From Callorhinchus milii (Eukaryota): DNA of 64,000 bases. The position numbers and the translations under genes were made by a program. The notes under the pieces are model-generated. The model made no database searches, was not told the origin of the DNA, and saw only the letters and a list, made by a program, of their open reading frames with translations. Positions 12,235 through 27,038 of the stretch are shown piece after piece (within the stretch, counting starts at the first letter, position 1; every line of letters starts with the position of its first letter). The stretch spans positions 1 to 64,000 of the forward strand of contig NW_024704897.1 of the NCBI RefSeq assembly GCF_018977255.1, read 5' to 3'.

Positions 12235-13948
12235 AATGTTTTACCTGAAGGGTTGTCCATGTTTCCCACTCTGATTGGAATTTGAAGCAATTAAATTATT
12301 TTGGTGGTACCGACACAGTAAAAATCCTATTCATTCGGCGAAATTAGCATCCGTTGCAACGCCAGAGGTTTATAATGCAAGATTTATGTTGTTGAAAACC
12401 ATGCTTGATTTTTGGTGATTGATTCAATCTTGCTCTGTCCCTGACTTGCCCTTGCAGTTGAATATTATTTTTGTATCTGGAGAAGGAAAATATTGTTAGC
12501 AGCAGCCATCATTGGATTTTCCAAAAAAAAAAATCATGGTCCAAGTGAGAGCTTATCCTTACACTTGGTTGACAGGGAAGGGAATGTCTGCCGGACTCCG
12601 CGATCATATACGACGATTATAGTCAGGGTGAACTGTTGGGCAAATTTCTTCACTTCACACCCTCGGGATTATCTAGCAGCAAGTAGAAAGCCGGTTGCTA
12701 GTCGATTGGTGGAGGACTTTAATACTTCACAATAATAATAATAATGTTGTCAATTACTTCACCATGGTTTGTGCAATGCTGATGTGGAGAAATGTGTGCC
12801 GTCTTTCGCCCAAAAATATGGTCAATTTGTTTCAAAGTATATTGTGTGAAGCGCTTAGTTATTTATTGAAGACTTGTTAAGGTGCTATAGCAAATGAAAG
12901 GACTATTGTTTTTGCTGTTACAGAAGTTAATTTATCTGTTAATTTCTTGAAGCTGATATGGATTCTTTCTCAAGCAATACAGCGGAGCCTTCCATCACAT
13001 AACTTCTCTTTGCTTTTGCATTTGTTTAGCCTCACTAGATTGACAATTACCTCGAATTGATGCCACAGCACAAATCCTGCAAATCTCCCTTGGAATCTCT
13101 GATTATCGCATTAATTTCAATCCGTAAGGCTTGTTGACTTGGCTGAAATACTGTCTGGAATCAGGTAAGCAGGATGCGTCCTCCTGATAAAACACGTTCA
13201 TTGCGTTCTATATATAGAATTTCCCACGTGTAGGTTGCATGAAATTCTCTAACTTGCTATGAGCACGATAATGAATATCTGACGCAGAGTTGATTCATAG
13301 TACAGTACCAGTTTAGTGTATGTTCGAAGGTGTATACTGCAAGAATTATGGGGACTGTGATGTTGATCTCAACGAAAATAGAGTTTGTGTTGCAATGAAT
13401 ATTTATAGTTTACAGAAACAAAAAAAAATTAGTGGAATGATTCATTCGATGTAAAATTTACAGAAACCCTTACAGTTGCAGATTCGCAGACATTCCCTAC
13501 CACTAGCAATACCAAATGACTTGGTTGCATTCAGCGGTTCTGCCTTTATGACGACAGATGGGATCTTCTGAGTCTGTGGATTTCTACTATTTCCATTATT
13601 CGCAATTTTAAAAAAAGACAGTTGACTCCAAAATATATTAAACATTACATTGTACAGTCATGCGAATCAGTGGTTGGAGGACTCCTGTCGTTAGGGAGAG
13701 ACTGGTTGAATTACTAGGAAGGCGACCCGTTACGCAATTTTCTGTGGTCCACACGCCTCTGTTTACATAGCTGTGCAATTCTCAGCTGAAAACACCCTCT
13801 TGTTTGTTCACAGATCCGGAACTAACTACATTCGTTATGCAAGCTGTCAATTCGCATGCGCTATAAGTACAAATTTATTTCAGTTTGACCTCAGTGTGTT
13901 CATTGAAGTCTCTGCTCTCGAAACAAAACATCGGTGAGTAAAGAGGAC

Positions 13949-16900
13949 ATGGCATTTCCAACACTGTACGCCATAGTTGCTATTTACTATCCCATTCTTG
14001 TAGCATTCGGAATTCCAGGTAATTATATTTGTTTCCATTTCAGGGCAAACTTGAGAGATTAGTGCAATTGTATAGATACTGGAAGAATAATGTAGTGAAG
14101 CATAGTGAAGCGTAGTGAAGGACATAAAAGTGGACTAAAAGTATGTAGAACAAAGGGCAGAACAAAGGTAAGGAATATGCTTTAGATGCTTTCAGGAAGC
14201 AAATGGAATTGAGCATGCAGCTACATATGTCCTTGAAATTTGCAGCACAAGTAGAAAAGGATGTGTTGCGCAACCGAGATGTCTTCCTATCTAAACTTAC
14301 TGTCGGAGATCTTTAACTCTCTTTCACTTCTGCCATATTGTCCGACTCCCACCGTACCTTACACCCTACCCATCTGACACCAACCGGAATGCATTAGTCA
14401 CCTTTCGCCAATTTTTCTAAAATGCCCTTCTTGCCAGTTTCCCCAACTACACTACCTACAACATCTAATTGATCGATTTCTCCGCTTTGGTTATTCTCAC
14501 ACTTACGAATGTTGGTATACCCCACCTATCTTCCCAGACCTATTCAGGCTCCACTAACGCCATAGACCAGAACAGATTGATTTCAAGGTTCCCACGTAGG
14601 GACAAATCTAGCCATTATCTTGCTCCACCTACTTCTCCGTTTAACTAAACACGTCAATCCAATAACTATCAACTTCGGTCAGCAATTTCCCAAATTCGTC
14701 ACGCACTTTGACCTCTCTCATTTACCATTGACGCCCGTATTTTCATCCACCACCCTGATCAACACCAGAACTCTATGCTTGAATCTCAACTCAATGTCTA
14801 TTGCTTGCCGTCTTTCCATTACATATGAAAGCCTTCAATTCGGGACATGCTTACAGTCACCTTCACAGCTTCCGTATGGCTCAGTGTCAAGCTCCAGTAC
14901 TGTGAAGCAATAAGGTCGTCAAAATCATGCGCGATGATATTGTATAGTTGTTTTCCGGATTTATGTTGGCGCATAAATTAGGAAACAGTGATGCGAATTT
15001 TGTGCAATCATTGATGAGACTGCAGCTCGAGTACTGCGTTGAGCTTTGGGCACCTCTGCGAAACGTATGAAGCTTGTGGAGAGCAGAGTTGCAGATGAGC
15101 TTCAGATGGACGATAACATTATTAGGTCCTTCAGTTATCAGGAAAAAGGGTAAAAGTAAAGTGAGAAGTTTTTTGCACCTGAAGGCCTGCAAAATATGAT
15201 GGATTTTGATAGTATCAACAAGGTGAAGTTATTTCCACTACTGGGGATTCGGTAACGAGAGTCAACGTTGTAATTTAGTCAGGAGCAACTAATTGGAGAG
15301 CTTTGGCGAACTTTATCGCCAGACAGTAATTGGGATGTGGAATACCCTGCCAAGTAAAATGGTGGAGACATCGAGCATTTTGGGATTTAAGATTAAAGCA
15401 TATGAAGAAAAGAGCCTTGAGAAGGTATGAGGATAACCATAACTGTGAAGCTGACAATGCAAATCAAAATTACCTATGATCTCCAGTGTGTTGCAAATAT
15501 CTGTGATTCTTTGGCACTTTTTCTGAACTCAAATCAAACTAACTCAAAACGAACATATGATTTGCGACTTTTATGCTAGATGGTCTATGCAGCAATGGCT
15601 CTAATTTATTGTAGTATCGTACTGTTGGGTCATATTGGTTGAGTAATATTTCAAAAGCTCCATAATTCAAATAGTTCCTTGCGTAATATATTTTAATTTT
15701 TTTATGAATAAACGTTTTGTCCCGGAATTTCTATATTTATAATATCAATGGAAAAGACGGCAAATATTTGGGAATCATAGTGTCGACATTGGTAAATACT
15801 TTTCAAAAAATGTTTTTAAAATATCAGTCAGTCAAGGATTCCGATTATTACGGATGAAATATAGTCGCACTATTCATAGTAGTTATCTTCCTTTTACACA
15901 AGACTTCAGATTTCATCTGCTTTTTGAATTATGAATAAGGTAGCCGATTCAAAAATCTACTTTTTTCTTCATAGAATACAATGATGTGCTTTCCTGTATC
16001 CAAGAGTGTTATTTTCCGATGTGTGGGAGAGGATAGTCCAAATAGACAATGTGACAAGAACACGTCTCACAAAATAACTGTACATTGCACAGTATACTAT
16101 AGAAAGAAATCAGGAGTAAGGAGACATGTTATGCCCGGATTTGCAATCTTTAAATAATATTGTTTATCGATTAATGCTTGCTACTTTCAAGCAGGCCACG
16201 AATTTAACCTGTACGAAAATGTTTGCAAGACGTTTTTTATATGGACGATGTTGTAATGTAATTGAATCAACTCAAATGAAACACAACCAAATACGACACT
16301 ACTTTACACTTCGAGTTTAACAATTTTGTATCCCAATACTTTTTACAATCTTCTTTCCTTCTCTCAGTTAACTTACTGGCGATTGTGATCTTGTCCAGAG
16401 GAAGCTGCGGTCTTTCTAAATGTATCACTCGCTACCTGGTGGCCATGGCAGCAGCAGATCTCCTGGTACTTCTCATGGAAGTGTTGTTGAACAAAATTAA
16501 CAACCTCTATTTCCCGCTAAATTTCTTATTCTACACTCCAGTGTGCAGTGTTAGAACTGTGTTGCAGACTGCAGTTCTCCTCATTTCTTTGCTGTTCACT
16601 GCTGCTTTCACTTTTGATCGATTTGTAGCAATTTGTTGTCCAAAACTGAAACCAACATATTGTACAGAGAGAACAGCAACACTGGTTGTCGTAACTCTAT
16701 CTGTTTTCAGCTGCTCAGTGAGCATTCCCTGCTACTTCGCATTTGATCCTTTCTTGATAATTAACCATAGCCCGTGGTACTGTATCTTGAAACCAAGCTG
16801 GTACACTTTACTCATCTGGAAAGTATACGAACGTTTTATCCGCATTTTTGTTCCTCTGTTTGCTTTTGTTTTGATTTGTCTGTTTAATGCTCTGATTATC

Positions 16901-17278
16901 AGGCAGATTCTGATGACGAGCAAAGTCCGCAGGACGCTTCACGTTCAGAGAAATGCTAAGAAAACAATTGATCCTGAATTGGAAAACCGAAGAAAATCCG
17001 TCATTTTACTCTTCGCCATTTCAAGCAGCTTCATACTGTTATGGGCAACGTTTGTTATATATTCATTTAAATGGCAACTTTCCAATTTGAATTATCGAGA
17101 AAATCTTGTCAATAACATTCAATATATCGTCCAAGAAACCGGAAGCATGCTTCAAAGGATGAGTTGCTGTACCAACTCATGTATTTATGCATTGACACAG
17201 ACTAAATTCAGAGAAGAGCTCAAGAAAGGGTTTGCTTATCCATTTCATACCATTGCTAAATTCATTAAGATAAAGTAA
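13949..17278 (+). CDS. GPR139-like class A GPCR, intact, two exons (13949-14018, 16368-17278), 326 aa
   Basis: Exon 1 MAFPTLYAIVAIYYPILVAFGIP + G|GTAATT; acceptor TCTCTCAG|TT restores phase (V-NLLAIVILSRG); motifs YLVAMAAADLL, PVC, FTFDRF, TNSCIYALTQTKFREEL; seven hydrophobic segments. Confidence 0.88.
14330..14800 (+). mobile_element. Degenerate Penelope-like RT fragment in the GPCR intron
   Basis: Remnant resembling the Penelope RT segment after the YxDD motif (FGQQFPKFVTHF vs consensus-like ELxxFIxFxxNFH); highly decayed. Confidence 0.35.
15030..15440 (+). mobile_element. CR1 LINE 3' fragment
   Basis: GAGTACTGCGTT.AG.TTTGGGCACC and TGTGGAATACCCTGCC-type CR1 ORF2 C-terminal motifs. Confidence 0.65.
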
Positions 17279-20269
17279 GAGTTGGTTACGTACATTGTAG
17301 AATTTCCCGAATACCGTTGATTGCCTCCACAAAAAGTGAAGATTTCTAAAATGATGCACAGCTATACATTATGCACTGTGCATATCCAAATATATTTCTC
17401 TTTTAATTCAGTGGGGGAGCGAGAGCCCAAGCAACCAATAGCGCAAACCTTTGTACCTCTTAGAAAAAGGAAAACTTAAGTATAAAGTATCTTGAAATTG
17501 GTGAAAGATGTGTGTATAGAAAGAGGCTTTCTGCCAGCAATACTTAACAAAATATGATTGAAATTTCTAAAGATGCTATCTTCCAAAGAAATTTCAACAC
17601 TTACTACTTGGAATCATTTGATTTGTTGCAAGTGTATAATTATTCTGAACAAAATAAAACATATTGAGTTTTGTTAAACATCAAAAGGAATTACAGTCTG
17701 ATCCGTTCTTTGCTTCATGTTACTTTCAAATCCTGTCTGAAGACCTTGCTTTTAAATCCTGCTTATGATCACCACCTCCTCCAGCTCCCACTGGCTTGGT
17801 GTCACACTCAATCATTGTCGATCACTCTCGGTAGCTATCGAACGTCGCAATACAAATGCAAATTGTTCTTGTTGTTCCTTCCAAAATTTGATTTCAAAAA
17901 GACGGGTGGATGCAAGATTTGAGGCTGGTATGTGGAAACATGTGTTTTGACATATATTTTCGCCTACAATTCATTTGATCAGTTATTCCTTGAAGCGCTT
18001 TGAGAAATGTCGATGAAATGATAAGTCACTGCATCAACTGCAAGGATTATTATTGTTATTGTCGCTATCTTACATTTGTGACCCTTGTTTTGTACGGACT
18101 CACCCAAAAGTTATTCCTGTCAAGGATAACACCACTTCACATATGCCGCCTTACAAAATGTGCCCTATTAAATGCAAATATTATTATTTTTGGTAAGGCT
18201 TCAATCTGGAATCACATTTTGTTGAGTTTAAGAAGTATGAGGTTGGCATTTTCCAATGCAACAGTGCACAAATCTTGATTTATTATGGTGAAAAGCAGCA
18301 TGCATTCTCGTTTCTGTTCTCTAAAATTTTACATCCGTGTTTTAGATTGTATTCCTCGTTCAACTATACGCGCTCAATACATTAGCTTGATTGCTTGCTT
18401 TTCTCAAACGGGCAACAGTTTGACTGACCATTTAGCCTATATACAGATTCATAGCATTATACAGGACAGAAGAAAGTCGTTCAGCCTGATGCCCTTGAAG
18501 CCAATCCCATCATGCCCGTTCAGCCCATCTTGCCCATCCCCATGGCTGTTTGAAGGAGATGTCCAAGTGCCCACTCCCCCGCTCTCCAAATTTCCGTGTA
18601 CATTTTCCTCCCCAAATATCTGTCCATTCTCTTTTGAAAGTTGTTACCGAATCTACGTCGACCACAGTTTCAGAATCTTTCAGACAGGGCACTCCAGAAA
18701 GATATTATCAAGAAGTATAATTGTAAATAATTGGGATTATAGAACAAGAATCATTGCTATTGATCATGTAGTGAATAGATGAATTAAGTAGAATAAACTA
18801 AAGAAATAAAAACTGCCATGTGACACATCTACACACTCACACAAACAAAAACACAAACACAATCCTAGTAAAGGGGCACCGACCTATGAGTACAAGGGCA
18901 TATGACCCATGACCAGGGAAGATACGGATAGATTAATATAGAGAATGTATGTTAGGCAAGCTGCGCTCTGTGACTTGCAGAAAGGAGAGATAGGAACATG
19001 GGATAATTGACCAGGAGAATGGATGGGACACAAACTGAAGGAAAACTTAAAGTGAGCACGTTCCATGGACAGGTTTAGAAACAGGACTCAAACATCAGGG
19101 ACATAGAGTCAGGTGGTTTAACCAGCCTAGATAAAATGGTGTAAGAGGAGAATTGTTCTCTTGCAGAAGATACTGTTAGCTGGTACAAGGAGAAACAACT
19201 TGAAGATAAGAAAAGAATGCATTGGAAAGTGCAAAGGGTGTGAGAAAGAAATCTTGGGAAAGAGTTAGAACGCAGAAAAAGGGGTATGAAAAAGTGCATA
19301 AAATTCGATAGCCAAAATTAGTTGAGAGAGAAGAAAAGAGAAGATGAGTAGAGATGTGGGAAGCGCCATGGGCCTAGACTCGGAACAACCTCGAGAGGAG
19401 ACTTGGAAGAGCCTTGAGAAGGATCCCTGAGGAGTCCCTTGAGAGCCTCTGGAGCGTCTCATAGGAGTTTCTCAGGAGAAAGGTAGAAAGAGGAGAAAGG
19501 GAGAAAGAGAAGAGAAGCGGATAGAAGGAAAGTGGACAAGTCCAGCTCTCGGTGGAGTTGACCGCAAAGAGGACAAGTTAAGCCTTAATCGTTTGCAGCG
19601 AGCAGCAAGCCAGAGAAATTTGTTGCCAGCAGCTCAGCAGAGAAGTATTTATTTTTTGTGCCAGTCTTCGAATTTCGACACGACTTCCTGGCTGCTTGGT
19701 AGTATCTCTCCAGCTTACTAAAACACGCATACAAACATATATACCAATCAGTTAGAGATGATTTCGGCAGAGTTCATAAACATATCTTTTTTGTATATGT
19801 TTACAATTTTAGTATTGAGTGTATTTTGTTAAGTATTAATTTAGTAAGCTTTAATAACGTACCTTGTTAGGATACTGCTTTAGTATTCATTTAACTGCGA
19901 CGGGTAATGGTAATGCGTAAGGTGCAATGTGATGCTTATGTGTGGTTTTATAATTGCTAATAAAACGGTTTAATAATATTCTTGTTGTGGTTTATGACAA
20001 ACGCGTCAACCCCCAAAAATCACTGTTCTCAGCTTACATACGCTGGTAAAAGGCGGCAAATGGGAGAAAAAGAGGTAGCGTTGGTACAAATATGTCATAG
20101 TCGGGAGTTTGTTCATCATAACTGTAACAGTTAGTATGAGTTAATGAGTAAAAAAGGAAGAAGCTCGCTGATAGAGTAGAGGTTAGGAGAGACATGTATC
20201 CTTGATACATGAAGGTTGAAGCCGAACTTATGGGCGTGCTGCACAAACAAGACTTACAACAACAACTTG

Positions 20270-21080
20270 GATTTATACAGCGCCCTCCACGCCGGACAGC
20301 GTCTCAGAGCACTGTACAGAAACTGATCGCGGCGCCGAGCCAGGGGTATGGAGAGCAAGGTGACCAAAGGCGCGGTGAAGAGAAAGTATTTCAGCAAGAC
20401 CTGAAAATAGGAAGAGAGGGGCGAGGCCAAGGCAATGAAGAAGGCAGTTCCAGATCCTCGCGTCACAGTGGCTGAAGGCACGGCCCCACAGGTGGAGCGG
20501 AGGACTCCGGGAACGAGGAGGAGGCCAGTCCCGGAGGAACAAAGGCAACGGTTTTGAGGAGAGAGGAGGTCAGAGCTGGTGAGGGACCTGATGTGGGTGA
20601 GGAAGGATAATTGGGGGTCGAAAGTGACGCAAACGTTGCGTACTGATTCGTAGTGCGGGGAGTTCGGGTAGGTGGAGGAGGTGACAGCCGTGAGAATTTA
20701 AACGTTGACGAGAGCCAAACAGTATGGCTTCCGTCTTGTCAACGTTCAACTGAAGGAAGTTTGCGCTCATCCAGCCCCTGATGTCTGACAGGCAATGCTG
20801 ACAAAACATCAGGGGACCAGGGTTCGCAAAGAACGATGGAGAAATTGAGTTGGGTGTCATCTGCACACATGGGGAAGTGTACCCATGTCTGCGGATGACA
20901 CCCACACCCCCAAGAGTGATCATGTAGATCAGAAAGAACAGGGGGCCAAGGATGGATTCTTGGGGTACCCCGCAGGTGACCGTGTGAGAGCGGGAGAAGA
21001 AGCGTTTGTGCAGATGTACTGCTGGCGGTTTGTGCGGTAGGACTCGAACCAGGGGAGAGCAGGGGAGGGGGTGGGGAGGG
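20270..21080 (-). mobile_element. L2 LINE RT fragment
   Basis: VTCGVPQESILGPLFFLIYM and FLQLNVDKTEAILFG motifs, frameshifted. Confidence 0.85.
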
Positions 21081-21429
21081 GATGATAATCTCTTTTCGTT
21101 TTTCTCTTTACTGAAACATGATAATAATTTGGTCACTCAATCACGAATGTGGGATACTATTATATTTAAACGACTTCCACGTTTAACCCACAAAATATAC
21201 ATTCGATTCACTTTACTATAAATGTTGTGAAGTGTTTTGATTCTTCTCAATCAATTGATAAGGAGCTGTACTGAACACATTGATTATTAATATAAAATAT
21301 CTCCTTTGGTATACCACGTTGCTGAGGTATCGCAAAGAGGTTCGAACTTTCATGCAGTGAAGTTTCTTGGAGCACAGAACAGCTACAAAGTTTGAGCTTT
21401 GAAATCTCACGGTCCTTTCGTTCATGCTC

Positions 21430-22030
21430 ACTCATCACAGTAAGCCAACAACCATCATGTCAACCTTCCCATCTTCCTCCACGTAATATGGATTATGTAG
21501 ACCTCTGCAGCTTGTGTCCTCTCCTCCACCCGTCTCCGCAACCCCAACACACCCATCATCTACAGACTCCGCCAGCTTCCCATCCCTGAGCATCACGTTC
21601 AAAGTTTCCATGCTCACATTGAATGATCTCAATGATCTTGCCACCTCCTACCTCTCCGACCTGCTTTCCAACCCCTTATGAACATGCCCGCATCTTCTGA
21701 TCAGCAGGCTCCGGACTGTTCCATGTCCTCAATCTGGCATGCACCACCATCGGTTGAAGGGCCTTCAGTCACTCGGCCCCGAATCATATTCTGATGGCTG
21801 AGGGTGAATGAAATCCATCCCACATTCCCTTAACCTCGCTCCCTGCATTCGCTGCGTTGAGGCACGCCTCAAGACCCTATTCTTCGTCCGTGCCTTCGGC
21901 CACCTTCCCTCCATCTCTTCCCTCCACCCTCCCTGATCCGATTTGCACCAAACCACCCAGCTCCGGTCCTAAACCGTGACTGTTCATCGCCTTCTTACAT
22001 CCTCCTAAAGTGAAAGGCACTTTACAAGTC
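21430..22030 (+). mobile_element. L2 LINE 3' end
   Basis: Same 3' region and tail as the other L2 copies, more diverged. Confidence 0.7.
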
Positions 22031-22871
22031 CTCTTTTGGAGTATCAGTGGAAAGGAGGAGAAGATGCCTATCAGCAAGTTTCAAAGATCCAACGAAGGGA
22101 GAAATAACAAAATAATTTTAACTGCTAAATCCATGGCTGTTTGTGGGACGTTGCTATGCGAAAACGTCTTTGTTTGTGAGCCCACAAAATTCGGCGCTGC
22201 TACCGAGTAAAATATATCCTGTGAATCACGTTATGGACATCCTCCCGCTGCGAACTATGATTTTTAAAATTCATGCTTTGTTATTAGTATTATTGTTGTT
22301 GTTATTATTATGACTTGTTCCTCTTTTGTATCTCAAATTGGAGATTTGCGCGGCACAATTTCGTTTAAGAAAGGGATAATTTTTTCCTTACTTTCTGTGA
22401 CACAACTTGGTGTAATTCGAAAACTGACTCCTCGGTGTTTTAAGTCAGTTAGAGTTTGGATATGTGCAGCAAGCTCCACAATGTTTTTGATTTATAAATT
22501 TATCAGTTTAGCAGCTCAAGTTGTCACATACATAAAAAGAAAAGAAACATATGTTCGCGCATTGCAGACGTTTCTCAAGAGACGACAGATTATCATATAT
22601 CTGTGGAATAAAAATAATGCGAAATCATTCATTTTGTTTTTCTTGATTTCTTGTGAGGTTGCACTGATTCTAACGTCATATATCACAGGTTAAGGCTCAC
22701 TAATTGAATTGATCAACAGATTGTCACTAATTGCCGCTTAGGGGACCTGCATATCTCATTGGGAATCCTTCCAGGAGTTTAAATGAAGCTCTTTTAAGCC
22801 GTGTGACTGATACACTGTTAACTGGAACTCTTGCGACCCGCAATAGCATTTTTGTTTGTTTCTCACAGAAA

Positions 22872-25096
22872 ATGCATCGACAGCAATTCATTCTTCGAAC
22901 AACCAGTATTTATTATCCCATCCTCGCAGCCATTCAGTTGCCCAGTATGTGCTTACAATCAAGAAACATTGAGAAAAGCATGTAGCGTTTCAGATTACAA
23001 AATATTTATGTACAATGATATCTGGCTTTTTCCTGGCCCTTACACCCTGGCTCAGTTGGAAGTGCTGGAGACGTGGGGTGGTGTTGGGGTAGTCACTGCG
23101 ATGTAGAAAGCTGCAGTGTTTCTGAGGACACGTTAACACGAGCTAAAAATTTACCTGGTCACGCGGATATCAAAAATCACCTGATGCTATTTGAGAAATT
23201 AGATTTTCCCCCTCTGCCGCCAGAGCACAAATCGCTCAAATTAAAATCAGTCAATGCAACGTCTCCTCCAGCACTTCACTGGAACGAATTTTTTGGAATC
23301 CACAACACTCTGACTAAGAGGCCAACAAAGCAGAGACATAGTACTGCAGGACAAGCACTGGTGCTGATAATTGGAGCAGGTAATGCAGAGATAGTGTGAC
23401 GGAGAGAGTGATGGGTAAGATGGTGAAGTTACCCGAAGGATCTGAGAGTATATTGCAACCACATTTAATTCACCGTTGTCTTGTCAATCAGACTGCAACT
23501 TGGTGTCAACTTTGCTCAACTAGAAGCATTCTCACATATATTTCACAACGGTGTGGGTTGAAGCCCAACGTCAGGACAGTGAACTTAAAGGTCGACACTA
23601 CTCAAAGCGATGTATGGACTACGCTGCGAGGGGAGCTCCTTATCGTGAAACAGTAAACTTCGAAGCCCCCACGCACTACCCCCACCCCACCACACCCCAA
23701 CCCCCCCCACCCCCCCCCCCCCCCGCCCACCGCTTGTATGTTCAGATGGACTTTGCAGATGGATTTCCTAGCCCATCCTTTCGTTTACACGATATTATAC
23801 GGAGGAAGATATAGCAGAAAGACAGAGATGAGCTTTCGTTGACGCAAATGTTACGATCGCTGGCAAATCAGGATAGGCGGGATAATTTGGCCTCTTTTCG
23901 CTGCACTCAAACTTTCAAGAGGTGGGACAATATAGGTGTTTCAAATTATCAAAGGATTTCATGAGATTAGTATCAACAGTCTGTTCACACAAGATGGGGA
24001 GTGCGTAATCATGAGAAAAACAGAATTATGAAGTGACTCCAAAGGGAATTTAGGAAGGACTACTTCACGAGTGAGAATATGGAACTCACTGCCACAAGTG
24101 GTGATTGAACAAAATACAAGATAGACAGATAAGGGAGAGAGGAATACATGGGTATTTAGAAAAGTGAACGATGAGTCAGGGAAGGGGACTAATGTGTAAT
24201 ATAAATGCTGACAAAGAATGGTTGGTCCGAGCATCCTGTTTCTATGCTTGCAGTCTTTTAATTCAGTCTCCCTGGTGGCCATGGCAGCGGCAGATCTGAT
24301 GGTGGTGATATTTGTTGTGATATTTTACCGCATTGAATGCATTTACTTTGCCACCAAGGAGCTGAATATCACCTTGGTTTGCCATGTCAATATAGTCCTC
24401 ATGAAGGCCTTTACATTTTGCTCTGCGTGGTTCCCAGTTGCGTTCACCTTCCATCGCTTCATAGCCATCAGTAGTCAATATTTTTACTGAACAAACAGCG
24501 GTGAATGTGATCGGCATTTTGTTTACCATAACCGGTTTGGGGAGCATTGGGGACTATTTTATATTCGGTCCTCGCTACGTTATAAACGAAGTTTTACGGG
24601 GCTGCGTCCACACTGCGAACTTTAATTCATTTCTAGGATGGAAAATCTACGCCACATTATTAAAATTTGGAATGAATTCCTCCCATTCCTCATGATAATG
24701 CTCTTGAACGCTCTGACTGTCAGACACATAATGGTGAGCAGCAAAGTTCGTGCAAGACTCCGGGCTGCCAACAATGACATGAAGCGAAAGGATCCGAAGA
24801 ATCGGAAGAAGTCCATTATTTTACTCTTTGCTGTTTCAGGCAGTTTTATCCTCCTCTGCATGACTCACGAGATCAATGGCATTTTTGGGCGGATCACGAA
24901 AAACTACGATTACTCAGGTTTCGACGATTCGTTGTTCATCAGACAAGAAGTGGGGATTATGCTCCAGCTTTTCAGCTGCGGCATAAACACGTGTATTGAT
25001 GCGGTGAGCCAGAGGAAGTTCGGAGAAGAGCTGAGAAATGGTGTGCTTTTCCCATTCACTCAATTAATAAAAGTAGTATTCTTGGTAAAGCAATGA
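22872..25096 (+). pseudogene. GPR139-like GPCR pseudogene (exon 1 22872-22944; exon 2 remnant ~24270-25096)
   Basis: Exon 1 MHRQQFILRTTSIYYPILAAIQLP + A|GTATGT; exon 2 lacks its 5' part, resumes at LVAMAAADL and has frameshifts; C-terminal NRKKSIILLFAVSGSFILL and RKFGEELRN motifs retained. Confidence 0.85.
23990..24265 (+). mobile_element. CR1 LINE 3' end fused to the GPCR pseudogene exon 2
   Basis: ATATGGAACTCACTGCCACAAG and terminal GGTTGGTCCGAGCATCCTGTTTCTATGCT, typical of CR1 3' ends. Confidence 0.7.
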
Positions 25097-27038
25097 AATG
25101 AATTCATTGATCATTTAGCCAGGATTGTGATCCGCAAGTTTTTGCGCTATGTTTTCAGGAATAAGATAACAATAGTAGTAATCCTTGCATTTTGATATCG
25201 TGCCTCATTAATCTTCGAATCGCCTCAATGAATAAATGGTAACCTGCATTGGCGACCTATATTGTGGGTGAAATACGGCAGCAGATTGTGCACTGCAGTA
25301 CACCACCAAAAGCTGAAAAGAGTGTGACTAAATATAATATTTTCTTTTTCTTATTCAAGCGATTATTTTCACCAAAATACGATCTGCCATAATGTCAACC
25401 GATTTCCTACTTTCTGACAGGTAAATTGCAGTGTGTGGAGCAAGGAAATTTGCCCAGATCATCGGTTATGAGGCGAGTGCATCAAAGAGCAGCACTCTCC
25501 TTCACCTACAAGTTTTAGCATTGTGATCGGCCATGCGTAGCCCAATTCGGTCACATAATGTTGGCCAAGTTACGAGACAATCAAAAAGAAAGTCGATCTG
25601 TAAATCGTAATATTGTTCTTTCGTTATTTTGGGGGGCGTCAGTCGGTGGGGGGAATTGTGGTGGTGGCACGCGCACAACTCCATTTCCATACATAAGAGA
25701 CTCCAAACCAGCCTTAGCATTTTAATATCTTCGAGCCGTCAATAGCGCTGCGCAGAATATATTGTAAAATGATTTGACTGTATATTTTTTAGCGAAACGC
25801 GGCAACAAATTACAAAGAGCACTGTCACACAAAGAGTCGTCGATTGGAAGACCATTGTTATATAAATGTGTATATATATTTAAAATAAAATAATGTTGAC
25901 TTTAGAATTAAACAAATTGGCTGAGCAATAAGTGCCACAGACGTATTACATGCTTCACTGAAACTTATCAAGAATATAAACTAAATTTCCAATAAGAAGC
26001 CAGACCAAGTAAACATCAATATCGTGACCTCATCCTCTTTATCGTAAACATATCAACTTGCACACAAAACTGACATGTCAGTAACAGATTGCAAAGTCTC
26101 GCTAAGACGCAAGATGGCAGTAGGAGTGGGGCAGCCATGTGCCAGCTTCAATTTTAACACAAATTCCCAGCCAGATATATACCCTAAGTAAATCAAAGGT
26201 AACAATTAAAGCATTAACATTTTGGGGAAGTCTTTTCTCAATTCCATTTCAAATCTGTGTGATCATCCCTGAAAAATTTGTTTTGAATACTCAAGAGACA
26301 AAAATTGTACAACCAAATGTCAAGTAATATGCTTTTCTGTGCAATACGCAATTCGGTGAAACACACGTAGAACGAATCAATATATTTTAACTGCAGTGTA
26401 GCTCATGCTCCATTTATCCGTTTCCCGGCGCTACCGGAGAATTTCAGAAACTTGAACTCTGTCAATGCTGCTAATCAATGATGGCAATTTGGACCCATGA
26501 GCACAGATAGCTGCAGTGTTTGCAGGAGAGATGATAGGGGGATTAACAGGAATGGTGGGAATGTGGATAAGTGAAGAGATATTTGTTTCTGGGGTCTATG
26601 TCACCGTATAATTGCGGTGGGAATGGGGATGAGGCCATCAGGGAGGCTGCAGTAGGATAACTGCCAGAGTGTACCACTATGAGCGGACGGTGGATTCCTA
26701 CTTGAATGGCGATTTACAAATGTAATTTTTGTTGTTGTCGTTTACCAGGAGGAAGGCTATGGGAGAGTCAGGTTTGTGAAAAGGCTGGGAGTGTATCGAG
26801 AAGAAATCAGTCGGAATAATGCAGGACAGGGGCCAACAACGGGTGCAATATAGGTATAGAGTGGCGGCTTGGCTCAGGGTTCTGCAGCTGAAATGCAAAG
26901 GCCGAGAAAAGGAGCGAGGGAACAGAAGATATCGGACAAACGGACAACCCATTGACATTGATCGGAAGGCAGAAACGAAACGAAGGATACAATTCACATT
27001 CATCTGGAAGTTAAGCGATATGAAACGATTGAAACAAT

